Below, in pieces: positions 40,067-50,068 of a stretch of DNA of 64,000 nucleotides (position 1 is the stretch's first letter; every line of letters starts with the position of its first letter). The notes beneath the pieces are model-generated. The model was not told where the DNA came from. It ran no database searches and saw only the letters and a list, made by a program, of their open reading frames with translations. Position numbers and translations under genes: made by a program. Source of the stretch: an uncultured Chthonomonadaceae bacterium (GTDB taxonomy: Bacteria > Armatimonadota > Chthonomonadetes > Chthonomonadales > Chthonomonadaceae); assembly GCA_963835065.1 (NCBI GenBank), contig CAWIEK010000053.1, positions 288,001 through 352,000 on the forward strand. Direction: 5' to 3'.

Positions 40067-41569
40067 TTAGTTGTTCAATTGGACACCGATTGTGGGAACC
40101 GGGTCGCCGCGAAAAATGCCGTCTGCGCCCGCCCAAATCGAAACGTTCTTTTTTACCCTAATTAGCCCCTTCACGTCAAGGCGTGGATGGTTCGCGTCGT
40201 ATAAATCTGCGCGCAGGCCGGAATAAGGGAAAAGGCCGTACTCCAAACCGACGCCCAGTTTGGACGCATGAAGACCGTACCGCGCCAGCAGATTGTCGGT
40301 GATTTTGGTTCCGCCCTGCAAATTGAGGCGCGTGTTATCGCCAAAGTCGTACAGGCCGAAATCAATCAAATTGTGATTGCCGATGGGAACGCGGGCGTCC
40401 ACGTCCAAACGAAAGCGGGCCGGGTCTACGGATTCCTGCGCATCCACGAGCAGTTGAATGGGCGGCACTTTGGGCGCGCGCGCTTTATCCGCCGCGTTGG
40501 TAAATTTGCCCAGGATATTGTTTAATTTTTCCAGCGCGGCGGCGCTGCGCTCGGTTGTCAGTTTCAAGTTGACGGCGGACTCTTTGAGGTTGGCCTGCAG
40601 CGTCGGATCGCCGGTCAGTTGGTGAATGTCGGACGCGATCTGACGGCTGCTCGACAGGGTGGAGCGCGCCAGTTCGATGGTTTCTTGAAGCGAAGATTGC
40701 AGGCGCGGGTCGCTCACCTGTTCGGTCAATTTGCGCACGACGTTGTTGGCGTCATCCACCGTATTGCCCAATTTGGTAAAAAGCGCCAATCCCTGATCCG
40801 TCAGCTTGTTCAGCCGGCCCTTGCTGCTGTTGATAATGTCGTTGAGATTGCGGCTCAGATTGTCGGTTGTTTTGCGCGTGGTGATGGAAAGCTGCTTGAA
40901 GTTTTCCGTGATTTCCAGCAGGTTGTTCTTCAAGCGCGGGTCGGCAATCAGATTTTTGCCCCGCGTCATCGTGTCGTTGGAATTGTCTACCAGCCGGTTC
41001 GTCTTGTCCAGCAAGGTATTTAACTTCGTGAACGACGTGCCCAGTTTGGCGTTCAGATTGGTGAAACTGCTGTTCAGATTGGCGACGGTCTGCGACAATT
41101 GGGGATCAATGCTCGACAGCGCGCTGGCCGCTTCCCCACCCTCGACAACCGCGCTTCCATCCTGCGGCAACGTATGGATAACCCCTGGTTCTGCGGGCGC
41201 GGTTTGGTTTTGCGCGCCCTGCGCGTCGGCGGGGGGGCGCACTTCAATGGTCGGGTTGGTAATCAACAGCCCGGATGCGATTACAAACTGGTATGTGGTC
41301 GGTATCTCGTACTGTTTTTTGATGGCAAGCGTGACGGTGGGAACAAGCGTTCCGTTGCTTTGTTCCAGCTTTACATCCTGCACATCGCCGATAGCGACGC
41401 CTTTCAAGCGCACGACGCTTTGCTTCAACAGCCCGCGCGTGTCTTTGAAATGAACGCGCACCGTATAGGTGTTGAGATTGATTCCGGAAAGGTAATAGTA
41501 TGCGCCGGCAGCCAGCACAAAGGCGAGGAGAACCAACACCCCTACTTTTACAGCGGATTTACTTTCCAT
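40067..41569 (-). CDS. mlaD: MCE/MlaD family protein with long helical region
   Basis: N-terminal TM; GL...VRLKGVAIGDV MCE motif; downstream of mlaE/mlaF. Confidence 0.8.
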   Translation of the reverse strand: MESKSAVKVGVLVLLAFVLAAGAYYYLSGINLNTYTVRVHFKDTRGLLKQSVVRLKGVAIGDVQDVKLEQSNGTLVPTVTLAIKKQYEIPTTYQFVIASGLLITNPTIEVRPPADAQGAQNQTAPAEPGVIHTLPQDGSAVVEGGEAASALSSIDPQLSQTVANLNSSFTNLNAKLGTSFTKLNTLLDKTNRLVDNSNDTMTRGKNLIADPRLKNNLLEITENFKQLSITTRKTTDNLSRNLNDIINSSKGRLNKLTDQGLALFTKLGNTVDDANNVVRKLTEQVSDPRLQSSLQETIELARSTLSSSRQIASDIHQLTGDPTLQANLKESAVNLKLTTERSAAALEKLNNILGKFTNAADKARAPKVPPIQLLVDAQESVDPARFRLDVDARVPIGNHNLIDFGLYDFGDNTRLNLQGGTKITDNLLARYGLHASKLGVGLEYGLFPYSGLRADLYDANHPRLDVKGLIRVKKNVSIWAGADGIFRGDPVPTIGVQLNN

Positions 41570-41594
41570 AGTTTATCCTTACAACGTCCTTTTT

Positions 41595-42338
41595 CTACAG
41601 GCTGTCACGTTCGGGGTAAAGAAATTCCTTTACAATCTCGTTATCGGAGTTTTTTACGCCATCCGGGGTGTCTTCAATCACGATTTCGCCCTGATGCAGC
41701 ATGGCAACGCGGTCAGAAATGCGGAAAATGGACGGCAGATGGTGCGATACCACAACCGATGTAACCTTCAGGCGCTTGCGCGTATCCATAATCAATTCAT
41801 CAATGGCATGGCTTGTAATCGGGTCCAGGCCGCTCGTCGGCTCGTCGTAAAATACGATGGATGGCTGCATGGCAAGAGCGCGCGCCAGTCCGACGCGCTT
41901 TTGCATGCCGCCCGACAGTTGGGAAGGAAACTGTTTTTCCAATCCTTCCAACTGCACTTCCGCCAAGCGCTCCTGCACGATCTTGTCCAATTCCGCGCGC
42001 CCGACTTTTTTCCGATGCCGCGCCACGCCGAAAATAATGTTGTCGTACACGTTGAGCGAGTCGAACAAAGCCGCATACTGAAAAACAAGCCCCATCTTCA
42101 AGCGCACTTTGTCCAGCGCGTTTTCATCCAGGCCGGTAATGTTTTCTCCATCAATCAGGATTTCGCCCGACGTAGGACGCATCAGCCCGGTCATTAATTT
42201 GAGCAGCGTGGTCTTGCCGCTCCCCGACTGCCCCATGATGCTGACAATCTCCTCCGACGCCACTTCCAGATTGATATTATTCAGTATACGCTTGCGCGGC
42301 ACTTCGTACACCAGATTGCGGACGCTGATTGCGCTCAT
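41595..42338 (-). CDS. mlaF: MlaF-like ABC ATP-binding protein
   Basis: GQSGSGKT, FQYAALFDSL, LSGGMQKRVGLARA, YDEPTSGLDP. Confidence 0.9.
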   Translation of the reverse strand: MSAISVRNLVYEVPRKRILNNINLEVASEEIVSIMGQSGSGKTTLLKLMTGLMRPTSGEILIDGENITGLDENALDKVRLKMGLVFQYAALFDSLNVYDNIIFGVARHRKKVGRAELDKIVQERLAEVQLEGLEKQFPSQLSGGMQKRVGLARALAMQPSIVFYDEPTSGLDPITSHAIDELIMDTRKRLKVTSVVVSHHLPSIFRISDRVAMLHQGEIVIEDTPDGVKNSDNEIVKEFLYPERDSL

Positions 42339-42347
42339 AGTTTTATT

Positions 42348-42544
42348 AACCACGGAGAACACGGAGGACAGGAGGAGAGGAGAAAACTTACCACGGATGA
42401 AACGGATGAAACAGATAAACACGGATCAAATCAAACTTTCCCTCTGTATCCGCGTCAATCCGCGTTATCCGTTTCATCCGTGGTAAGTCCCTATCCTTTT
42501 TTCCTCACCTTCTCCTCCCCGTGTCCCCCGTGTTCTCCGTGGTT
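42348..42544. repeat. Nested inverted-repeat elements: outer (CACGGAGAA)-type, inner (ACGGATGAA)-type at 42386-42488
   Basis: Both have complementary arms; located between mlaE and mlaF. Confidence 0.85.
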
Positions 42545-42553
42545 TATATGTTT

Positions 42554-43393
42554 TTAGCGGTCTGCGGAACCGGTCAGCATTTGCGCGAGGAAGAAATCAG
42601 CGACGAAAATCAGCAGGACGCACAGCACGACGGAATTGGTGGTGCTGCGGCCCACGCCGGTTGCGCCGCCCCGTGTGCGCAAGCCCTGGTGACACGCGAC
42701 CACGCCGACAATCAGGGCGAATACGACGGATTTCATCAGGCCGTGCGTCAGGTCCTCCAGGCGAGTAAAATGCTGCACCGATTCCAAAAACTCGGCGTGG
42801 GCTATGCCGTTCGCGCCCGCCATCAGATAGCCGCCGATCATTCCGGACAGGTCGGCAAACAGCGTGAGCAGGGGCAGCATCAGCACGGCGGCAAGGATGC
42901 GCGGCACGACAAGATAGCGGGTCGGCGAGACAGCCATTGCGCGGAGAGCGTCTACCTGTTCTGTTACGACCATCGTGCCGATTTCGGCGGCAATCGCGGC
43001 TCCGGCGCGCGCGGCAAACGCCACGCCGCCCAGCACGGGGCCGAGTTCGTTGAGAAACGCATAACTCAGCGTCCCGCCAACAAACGACGTTAGCCCGCCA
43101 ACCTGCTGCGCCAGTGTCGCCGTGTACAGCGAAAATACGGCTCCCGTCGCCGTTGTCACGACAAGCACGATCCAGATGCTGTCCGCGCCAATAGACGCCA
43201 TTTGCGTCATCAAGTCGCGCGCATTGATGCCACCGGATGCAATGGAGCCGATAAAGCGCCCAAACAACTGCATCGCTTCGCCCACAAAGGTCAACACGGC
43301 ATTAGCCGCCGCGCCCACGCCACGGGAACGGAGGGGAGTCACTTCGGCCTGCGCTATACTGCCGGTTTTTTGCTGCACCGCTTGGTTCGCCAT
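42554..43393 (-). CDS. mlaE: MlaE-like permease
   Basis: ELGPVL, AEIGTMVVTEQVDAL, YLVVPR, GGATGVGRSTT. Confidence 0.92.
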   Translation of the reverse strand: MANQAVQQKTGSIAQAEVTPLRSRGVGAAANAVLTFVGEAMQLFGRFIGSIASGGINARDLMTQMASIGADSIWIVLVVTTATGAVFSLYTATLAQQVGGLTSFVGGTLSYAFLNELGPVLGGVAFAARAGAAIAAEIGTMVVTEQVDALRAMAVSPTRYLVVPRILAAVLMLPLLTLFADLSGMIGGYLMAGANGIAHAEFLESVQHFTRLEDLTHGLMKSVVFALIVGVVACHQGLRTRGGATGVGRSTTNSVVLCVLLIFVADFFLAQMLTGSADR

Positions 43394-43445
43394 ACTTCTA
43401 GTATACCGACCCTGCCCCTATCACGTCAACGCCCAAAAGAATATC

Positions 43446-43686
43446 AATTCGTCTTCACCACAGAGGCACAGAGACACAGAGGGGGCACAGAGAAAAACGA
43501 AGGAGAGAAGATATAAGATATAAGTGGGAGGGAGCGCAAGTGTGTTCTCTCCTTGAATAATCCTGTTTAATCCTGAAAATCCTCTTAATCCTGTCTATTT
43601 CTTCTCCTTTTTCCTTTTCTTTTCTCCTTTTCTTCTTTTCTCTGTGAAACCTCTGTGTCTCTGTGCCTCTGTGGTGAAGACGAATT
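43446..43686. repeat. Element with perfect 37-bp inverted arms (CACAGAG repeats) and an internal AATCCTG-type array
   Basis: 43446-43482 is the exact reverse complement of 43650-43686. Confidence 0.9.
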
Positions 43687-45076
43687 AAACAGCTTCGCGG
43701 ATGCGGGAAAGCAGGCGGGCAAGGTGGCGCGTTCCCCGCGTGAAGTCGTCGAGTCGGATATTTTCGTTGGGGGCGTGGGCGCGGAGGCCGGGGTATTCGA
43801 TGCCGGGGCTGGTCACGGGCAGGCCGAGAAAGCCCGTAAACCACCACATCGGGCCGGAGCCGCCGAGCAGGGGCGCAATGGACGCGGGTTTGCCGTACAC
43901 GTCCTGCGCGGTTTTTGCCGACAGGCGCACAAGCGGATGGTCGGGGTCAACGCGGGCAGGACGTTGCCCTCCCAAATACTTTATTTCGATGTCAGTGAAA
44001 CCGCGCGCATCTAAGTGCGCCCGCAGGCTGCGGTGTACGTCTTCGGGGTCTTGGTCGGGAACCAGGCGGAAATCCATTTTGGCGCGGGCTTCGGACGGCA
44101 GCACGGTTTTCGCGCCCATGCCTTGCCAGCCGCTATCCAGTCCGCACAGGGTCAGGGTTGGCTCGAATACGGCGCGGCGCTTGAATTCCAACCCCGTTGT
44201 CTGCATTCCGCCCAATAGTTGCTGTGGCGTCAGGCCGAATTGTTCGCGGAAGGTGGTTTCGTTGGTGGGCAGGGCGTCGAGCAATTGCAGGTCGCGCAGG
44301 GTCGGCAATTGGGCTTTGTCATAGTGGCCGGGCAGCAAAATACGCTCATTGGCGTCTTTCAGCGTGGATAACGCCCATACCAGCCGCCAGGCCGCGTTGG
44401 GAAGCAGCGAGCCGCCATTGCCGGAGTGCGCGTCATAGGCGATGGTTTTCACATGCAGTTCAAAGTACGCGATGCCGCGCATTCCGCAGTACAGCGCGGG
44501 GGTTCCGTTTTCGTCTTCGCCGCCTTCTTCCCAGATGCAGGCGTCGGCGCGGAGCAATTCGCGGTTCGCTTCGACCCACGCGCCGATGTGCGGGCTGCCG
44601 ACTTCCTCTTCCCCTTCAGCCACAAACTTTACATGGAAGGGCAGATCGCCGCCATGCGCGGTTCGGACCGCATCCAGAGCCAGCAGGCGCGAAACAATGT
44701 GCCCCTTATCATCCCCTACCCCGCGCGCAATCGCCTTGCCGTCACGCAGGGTCAATTCAAACGGCGGGCTGTCCCACAAGTCCAGCGGTTCCGCCGGCTG
44801 CACGTCATAATGGTTGTAGAACAAGACGGTGGGCGCGTCAGCCTGCTTGCTTTGCGCGGTTCCAAACGCAATGGGCGGGCCATCCACGACAGGCATAATC
44901 TGCGCGTTCAGGCCATGCGCCCGCATCAAACTGACAACCAGTTCGGCGCAGGGTTCCAGAGACGCGCCCTTCGCCGACACGCTTGGAATAGCGCACAACG
45001 CTGCCAGTTCCGCCAGCGCGTTTGCCTGCCCCGCCACAACAGCGGCATCCATTCGGGCGTTGATTGTCTCGTTCAT
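43685..45076 (-). CDS. M20 family metallopeptidase/dipeptidase
   Basis: YNHYDVQP, RGVGDDKG, EGEEEVGS, HAPNE. Confidence 0.92.
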   Translation of the reverse strand: MNETINARMDAAVVAGQANALAELAALCAIPSVSAKGASLEPCAELVVSLMRAHGLNAQIMPVVDGPPIAFGTAQSKQADAPTVLFYNHYDVQPAEPLDLWDSPPFELTLRDGKAIARGVGDDKGHIVSRLLALDAVRTAHGGDLPFHVKFVAEGEEEVGSPHIGAWVEANRELLRADACIWEEGGEDENGTPALYCGMRGIAYFELHVKTIAYDAHSGNGGSLLPNAAWRLVWALSTLKDANERILLPGHYDKAQLPTLRDLQLLDALPTNETTFREQFGLTPQQLLGGMQTTGLEFKRRAVFEPTLTLCGLDSGWQGMGAKTVLPSEARAKMDFRLVPDQDPEDVHRSLRAHLDARGFTDIEIKYLGGQRPARVDPDHPLVRLSAKTAQDVYGKPASIAPLLGGSGPMWWFTGFLGLPVTSPGIEYPGLRAHAPNENIRLDDFTRGTRHLARLLSRIREAV

Positions 45077-45107
45077 GCAAACTCCTGAGAAGAGAAGTTA
45101 TGAAGTT

Positions 45108-45196
45108 ATAAGGGATAAGGGGCAAGGAACAAGCGAAAAGATAAGAAGTTCTTCAACTTCCGTACTTATCCCTTATCCCTTACCCCTTATCCCTTG
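45108..45196. repeat. Inverted heptamer element (AAGGGAT)n...(ATCCCTT)n
   Basis: Direct reading; immediately 3' of tRNA-Cys. Confidence 0.75.
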
Positions 45197-45202
45197 CTCG
45201 AA

Positions 45203-45274
45203 AGGAGCCGACCAGAATCGAACTGGTGATCGCGGTTTTGCAGACCGCTCCCTTAGCCACTTGGGTACGGCTCC
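45203..45274 (-). tRNA. tRNA-Cys (GCA)
   Basis: GGAGCCG/CGGCTCC acceptor stem, CT-GCA-AA loop, GTTCGATTC T arm, U discriminator; CCA not encoded. Confidence 0.95.
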
Positions 45275-45429
45275 ATAGAATACAGAAAAATGCGGCGCGA
45301 CAAACACCACAACACAAAACTTCAAACCGCGCAGGAAGCCAAAGCGTTCAGGCAAACAAATGCCGGACTCACCGCGTCCGGCAGGAACACGCCCCGACAC
45401 ACCTTACCACCAATCTGTAAACCTGCGCA

Positions 45430-45501
<72 letters not shown>

Positions 45502-45513
45502 AAAACTGACACA

Positions 45514-45918
45514 CTAAATCTCGAAATCTACAGCCCAACGTATATTCTTCGTTTGGTTGTTAGCTGGCGGATCAATTCGCAAGATACCTAATGATTGACT
45601 AACCGCTTCGCGTGGAACCAAATACGTTTTCTGGTTTGCCGGACAATACACACCGTAAAAATCTACTTTGTCGCCGTAACATTTACGAGTGTGTTTAGTT
45701 GCCCCTTGTTGAGCCATCGTATACAGATTGAATTGTACTGTACCCTGCTTTAGTCGACCGGTTTTACACTGGATACGATAAAAACAACCGTTTTCTTCCG
45801 TGACCAGATCGTAATCCTGCTGATTCCCAAAAGGGATGAGAACTGTTCTTCCGGCTTTTAAGAGCGCAGCAAGAATAACACCTTCTGTTGTGGTTCCAAC
45901 CTGTGTCGTATTAGCCAT
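45514..45918 (-). CDS. PD-(D/E)XK endonuclease, group-I-intron-associated (I-Ssp6803I-like) family
   Basis: G..TE, IPFG...YDLV, RIQCKT, VDFYGVYCP...YLVP; AT-richer than flanking genes. Confidence 0.85.
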   Translation of the reverse strand: MANTTQVGTTTEGVILAALLKAGRTVLIPFGNQQDYDLVTEENGCFYRIQCKTGRLKQGTVQFNLYTMAQQGATKHTRKCYGDKVDFYGVYCPANQKTYLVPREAVSQSLGILRIDPPANNQTKNIRWAVDFEI

Positions 45919-46098
45919 ACAGAACCTCAACTAGACACGGATAAAAGAACCTTGCGGCTACTATACACATTATAAGCCTGCTGCAAGGTATTTGTCAAGT
46001 GGCAGGACATGAAAATTGCGTGAGCGTTGCCGACCGCCTTATTTTGCCGGAACCGGGTGTTTTCAACGCCTGCGGTGGAACGGGCGTATTCTGTTTAT

Positions 46099-46220
46099 TG
46101 CCGGGTACTTTCAGTACCCGGCAAAACAAAACAAGCGTCCTTCGGACGCGATACTTTATTCGCAAATTCCCGCGTACCGCAGGACGCTTGTACTTTCCTG
46201 CCGGGGATTGAAATACCCGG
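46099..46220. repeat. REP/REPIN-like composite element, second copy
   Basis: Same arms as 34485-34607; central spacer inverted. Confidence 0.8.
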
Positions 46221-46300
46221 ACAGGCGGAAGCATTGCAGGAATCGGGTGAGCAATAGCGAAATACAGCATCAGCAGGAAACAAAGCCAGGAGGCGCAGGG

Positions 46301-46738
46301 ATGGAACCGACAACAAGCACGAAACACGAAACGGAGTCATCTACACAGGCCATGAGTACCAAGAACGGTGAGCCTGACACAACCCCTGGCGCGGTTACGC
46401 AATCATTTGTCACCGCGCCCCCTCACGTTGCGCCCCACGCGCCGCAGCGCGAAGAAGAGGCTGCTGCAAAATACCATGACATCAGCACGGCAGTTATGAT
46501 GGCGACGTTTCTGCCGGGCGGCGGACAGCTTTCTAATGGGCAGACGGGAAAAGCCTTGCTGCTGATGGGCGTCACATTAGGGGGATTGGGGTTTTTGATA
46601 TGGCTCCACAGCAGCGTCATGCTCTGGATAGGGCTGGCAACAGGGCTGGTCATCTATATTGGGGCCATCCTGGATGCCGCCCTGATCGCGCGGCGTTTGC
46701 GCCGTCAGGAACGGGTACGCCCATGGCAGTGGTTCTGA
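46301..46738 (+). CDS. Hypothetical membrane protein
   Basis: AGGAGG RBS; FLPGGGQLSNGQTGKA motif followed by TM helices. Confidence 0.75.
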   Translation: MEPTTSTKHETESSTQAMSTKNGEPDTTPGAVTQSFVTAPPHVAPHAPQREEEAAAKYHDISTAVMMATFLPGGGQLSNGQTGKALLLMGVTLGGLGFLIWLHSSVMLWIGLATGLVIYIGAILDAALIARRLRRQERVRPWQWF

Positions 46739-46776
46739 GAAGAACCACTGCCATGAGGACGTGTACTCCGGTCAGG

Positions 46777-49700
46777 TCAGCGTTGCGCCAGATTTGATGA
46801 TACTTGCGGGGCGGTGAAGGTGTACGCGCCCGATCCCACCTGGTAGACTGCGCAGCCGGCTTCCATGCGCGCGAACGTCACGCCTTCCACTTTGTTTGCC
46901 GGCTTGCCGCCTTCCATTACCTGTGTGGCGCTTTGGACCGGCACGTACACCGTTGCCGTCGTGTTGGCGGGAACGGTAATGTGATAGACGAACTGCCCGT
47001 TTTCCAGTTTCCAATCGCTTGTAATCGGGCCGTGTATGCTGTCGTAGGTGGCGCGGGCATACGTCAGGCCGCCGCCGGGGTGCGGATGCAGCACGATGCG
47101 CTTGTACGCGGGCTGAACCGGGTCGAGATCAATCCCGGCAACGCTGGCATACATCCACTCGCCAACCGAACCCAGCGAATAATGGTTGAAACTGTTCATG
47201 CCGGGGTCCTGAAAGCCTTTGTCCTCTGTCCAGCCGTCCCAGCGCTCCCAAATGGTGGTCGCGCCCTGCCGAATGGAATAGCCCCAGGACGGATACGTGT
47301 CATTGTTGAGCAGGCGGTACGCCACATCCAGATGCCCGGTTTGCGTGAGTGTCGGCGTCAGGTAGCCGACGCCCAAAAAGCCGGTTGACAGATGCCCGCT
47401 GCGCTTGTTTATAATGTCGTCCACCAGATACCGCGCCGCGGCTTCCCGCTTTTCATCCGGCAGCAGATTGAAGCGCAGGGCAAGCACGTAAGCCGTCTGC
47501 GTATCGCTCTTAATCCGTCCATCCGCGCCCACAAACTCGCGGTTGAACGCCGCTTTGATCTGCGCGAACAAGTCCCGATACTGCTGCGCGTCCTCGGTTT
47601 TGCCGATTGCCTGCGCCATCTGCGCCATGAGCTGCGCGTCATACGCGAAATAGGCTGTTGCCAGAATTTCGCGGGGCGTATCTGATTTGACATTGAGCCA
47701 GTCGCCGAAGTTGTTGTTGGCGCGTTTGCGCCAGATGAAATCGGGGTTGACGGAGCGGATGTATTCGATCCACTTTTGCATCGCCGGATAGCGCTCGGCA
47801 ACCAGGCGCGTGTCTCCGTAACAGCGATAAATCGTCCAGGGCACGATTACGCCCGCATCGCCCCAGGCGGGAGCGCCGTCCGACTTGTCGCCCATGCGCG
47901 GCGTTACGTCGGAAAAGCCGCCTTCGGGCGATTGCGCGTCTACAACATCCTGCGTCCACTTGGTCATAAACGCGGCAATGTCGCTGTTGTAGCTTGCCGT
48001 GCGAACGAAAATCTGCGCGTCGCCCATCCATCCCAATCGCTCATCGCGCTGTGGGCAGTCCGTCGGCACTTCGAGATAGTTGCCCCGCTGCCCCCACACG
48101 ATGTTGTGCTGCAATTTGTTCACGAGCGGGCTGGAACACGCGAAGGTTCCCGCAGGCGGAGTGGCGGACGTAATCACAATCCCCGTCACGGCGTCAAGAG
48201 AAGGTTTCGCGGTCAACCCGGTCAATTCCACATACCGGAACCCGTGAAACGTAAACGTCGGCTCCCAAACCTCCGTACCACTCCCCTTGCACGTATAATA
48301 ATCTGTCGCTTTCGCGCCGCGCAGGTTGGTGGTGTAAATCGTGCCGTCGGGACTGAGCATTTCGGCAAACCGGATGCGAACCGTCGTACCTGCTTCGCCC
48401 TTCACCTTGATACGCGCCCACCCCACCATGTTCTGCCCCAAATCGAACACGTATGCGCCCTGCGGCTTTTCCGTCATGCTCCGCGCCTTCAATTCCTCCA
48501 CCTTTTCCACGGATTGGTCGGGCTGAGAAACGAGGGCAAATGATGAGTGATGAGTGATGAGTGATGAATGGGAATTCAATTCATCACTCATCATTCCGCG
48601 TTCATCATTTGCCTCTGCTTGTTTCCACGCATGGTCATCAAACGCCGCCGTGTTCCAGCCGGGCATTTCTTTGCGGGCGTCGTAGGTTTCGCCGTCGAGC
48701 AGGTCGTCGCGCAGGATGGGGCCGGGGGAGGCTTTCCACGAGGCGTCGGAAACAACGGTTTCGGCTGTGCCGTCTTCGTATGTCAGATGCAGTTGCACAA
48801 GGGCGCGGGGCTGTGTGCCGTAGTTGTTGCCTCCGGTCAGGCCGACGTGCCCGCAGAACCAGCCGTCGCCAAGCGTGACGCCAACCGCATTGTCGCCGGT
48901 TTGCAGCATTTTGGTCACGTCGTAGGTCTGGTACTGTATCCGCTTGTTGTAATCGGTCCAGCCGGGGCGGAAAATGTCCTGGCTGACGGGCTTGCCGTTG
49001 AAGGAGAGTTTGTACAATCCCTGCGCAGTCGCATACACTCGCGCCGAGCGCAGGGTCTTGCGGACGGCGAATGTTTTGCGCAGATAGGAGGCGGGGCGAT
49101 TGGCGGCTGCCGCATTGGGCAGTCCCCAGGGCGCATCCCCGATGTTGGCGATCTCCAGCGCATGAGGCAATGTGTTGGCAGCCGTATCCAGCCTGCCCGC
49201 TTTCGGTATGGCGTTTGCCGCCAGCCAATCTTTGTTGGTGACGGCGCGAAACATGGTTCCATCCGCATACGTGATTTGAACCGAAGCGGCGATACCTGCC
49301 GGCCCGTCCGTGTTGTTGGCGGCAAGCCGGATGGTGTTTTCGCCGGGTTTCAGCGCGTCCTTGATGTCCATGCGGCCGGCGGACTGCCAGCCGGACTGCT
49401 CGCCTACGCGCCTGTCGTTCACGCGCGCCTCAAAAGAGTTATCCGCAATGCCTACCAGTTCCGCCCGCGTAATCGCCGCATCGGTTCGCACCGGAACCGT
49501 ATGCAGGAAGTAACGAGTGCCTGCCGGCGCGGATTGGCGTGGGTTGCCTTCGGGATACCATACCCATTTCACGTTTTTCCAATCTTCCGCCCGTTGCGCC
49601 AGGGCCGGCATGGGCATTGTCGTCCATTGCGCTTTCCAGTCGGCGGGAGACAGCAAGCCCATTTCCCAATGCGCAGGCGCGCTGAACGCCGATACGCGCC

Positions 49701-50061
49701 CCTGCTTGTCCCAAACTCGTACCTTCCACCACGCCGATTGCCCGGAGCCAAGCGGTTTGCCCGCATACGCGATGTGTATGGATTCGTCGGAAGCGGTTTT
49801 GCCGCTGTCCCACAAATCCGCCTTGTCCGCTTTCAGCATTTCGGGAGCGCTTGCCACCAGAATCTGGTACGCCGATTGCGCCTGATTGCGCTGTTTGGAT
49901 TCCAGCGTCCAGTACAGGCGCGGATGGGGAGATTCCACTGCCAGCGGGTTCATCAGATACTCGCAGCGTAAGTTGGCAATCCGCATGTCGGCGTGGGGCG
50001 CAGCATGGAAACGCGCCACAGGCATTGTGTGCAGCATTAAAAGGCTGAAAAGTCCAATCAT
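46777..50061 (-). CDS. Alpha-L-rhamnosidase (GH78)
   Basis: DLGQNMVG, FTFHGFRY, PTDCPQRDERLGWMGD, GATTIWERW, SFNHY. Confidence 0.95.
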   Translation of the reverse strand: MIGLFSLLMLHTMPVARFHAAPHADMRIANLRCEYLMNPLAVESPHPRLYWTLESKQRNQAQSAYQILVASAPEMLKADKADLWDSGKTASDESIHIAYAGKPLGSGQSAWWKVRVWDKQGRVSAFSAPAHWEMGLLSPADWKAQWTTMPMPALAQRAEDWKNVKWVWYPEGNPRQSAPAGTRYFLHTVPVRTDAAITRAELVGIADNSFEARVNDRRVGEQSGWQSAGRMDIKDALKPGENTIRLAANNTDGPAGIAASVQITYADGTMFRAVTNKDWLAANAIPKAGRLDTAANTLPHALEIANIGDAPWGLPNAAAANRPASYLRKTFAVRKTLRSARVYATAQGLYKLSFNGKPVSQDIFRPGWTDYNKRIQYQTYDVTKMLQTGDNAVGVTLGDGWFCGHVGLTGGNNYGTQPRALVQLHLTYEDGTAETVVSDASWKASPGPILRDDLLDGETYDARKEMPGWNTAAFDDHAWKQAEANDERGMMSDELNSHSSLITHHSSFALVSQPDQSVEKVEELKARSMTEKPQGAYVFDLGQNMVGWARIKVKGEAGTTVRIRFAEMLSPDGTIYTTNLRGAKATDYYTCKGSGTEVWEPTFTFHGFRYVELTGLTAKPSLDAVTGIVITSATPPAGTFACSSPLVNKLQHNIVWGQRGNYLEVPTDCPQRDERLGWMGDAQIFVRTASYNSDIAAFMTKWTQDVVDAQSPEGGFSDVTPRMGDKSDGAPAWGDAGVIVPWTIYRCYGDTRLVAERYPAMQKWIEYIRSVNPDFIWRKRANNNFGDWLNVKSDTPREILATAYFAYDAQLMAQMAQAIGKTEDAQQYRDLFAQIKAAFNREFVGADGRIKSDTQTAYVLALRFNLLPDEKREAAARYLVDDIINKRSGHLSTGFLGVGYLTPTLTQTGHLDVAYRLLNNDTYPSWGYSIRQGATTIWERWDGWTEDKGFQDPGMNSFNHYSLGSVGEWMYASVAGIDLDPVQPAYKRIVLHPHPGGGLTYARATYDSIHGPITSDWKLENGQFVYHITVPANTTATVYVPVQSATQVMEGGKPANKVEGVTFARMEAGCAVYQVGSGAYTFTAPQVSSNLAQR

Positions 50062-50068
50062 CGTTGAG

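Noticed and set aside
43455..43847. ORFs translated from repeat elements (HHRGTETQR-type peptides)
   Set aside because: They are translations of the hairpin arms with no independent coding evidence.
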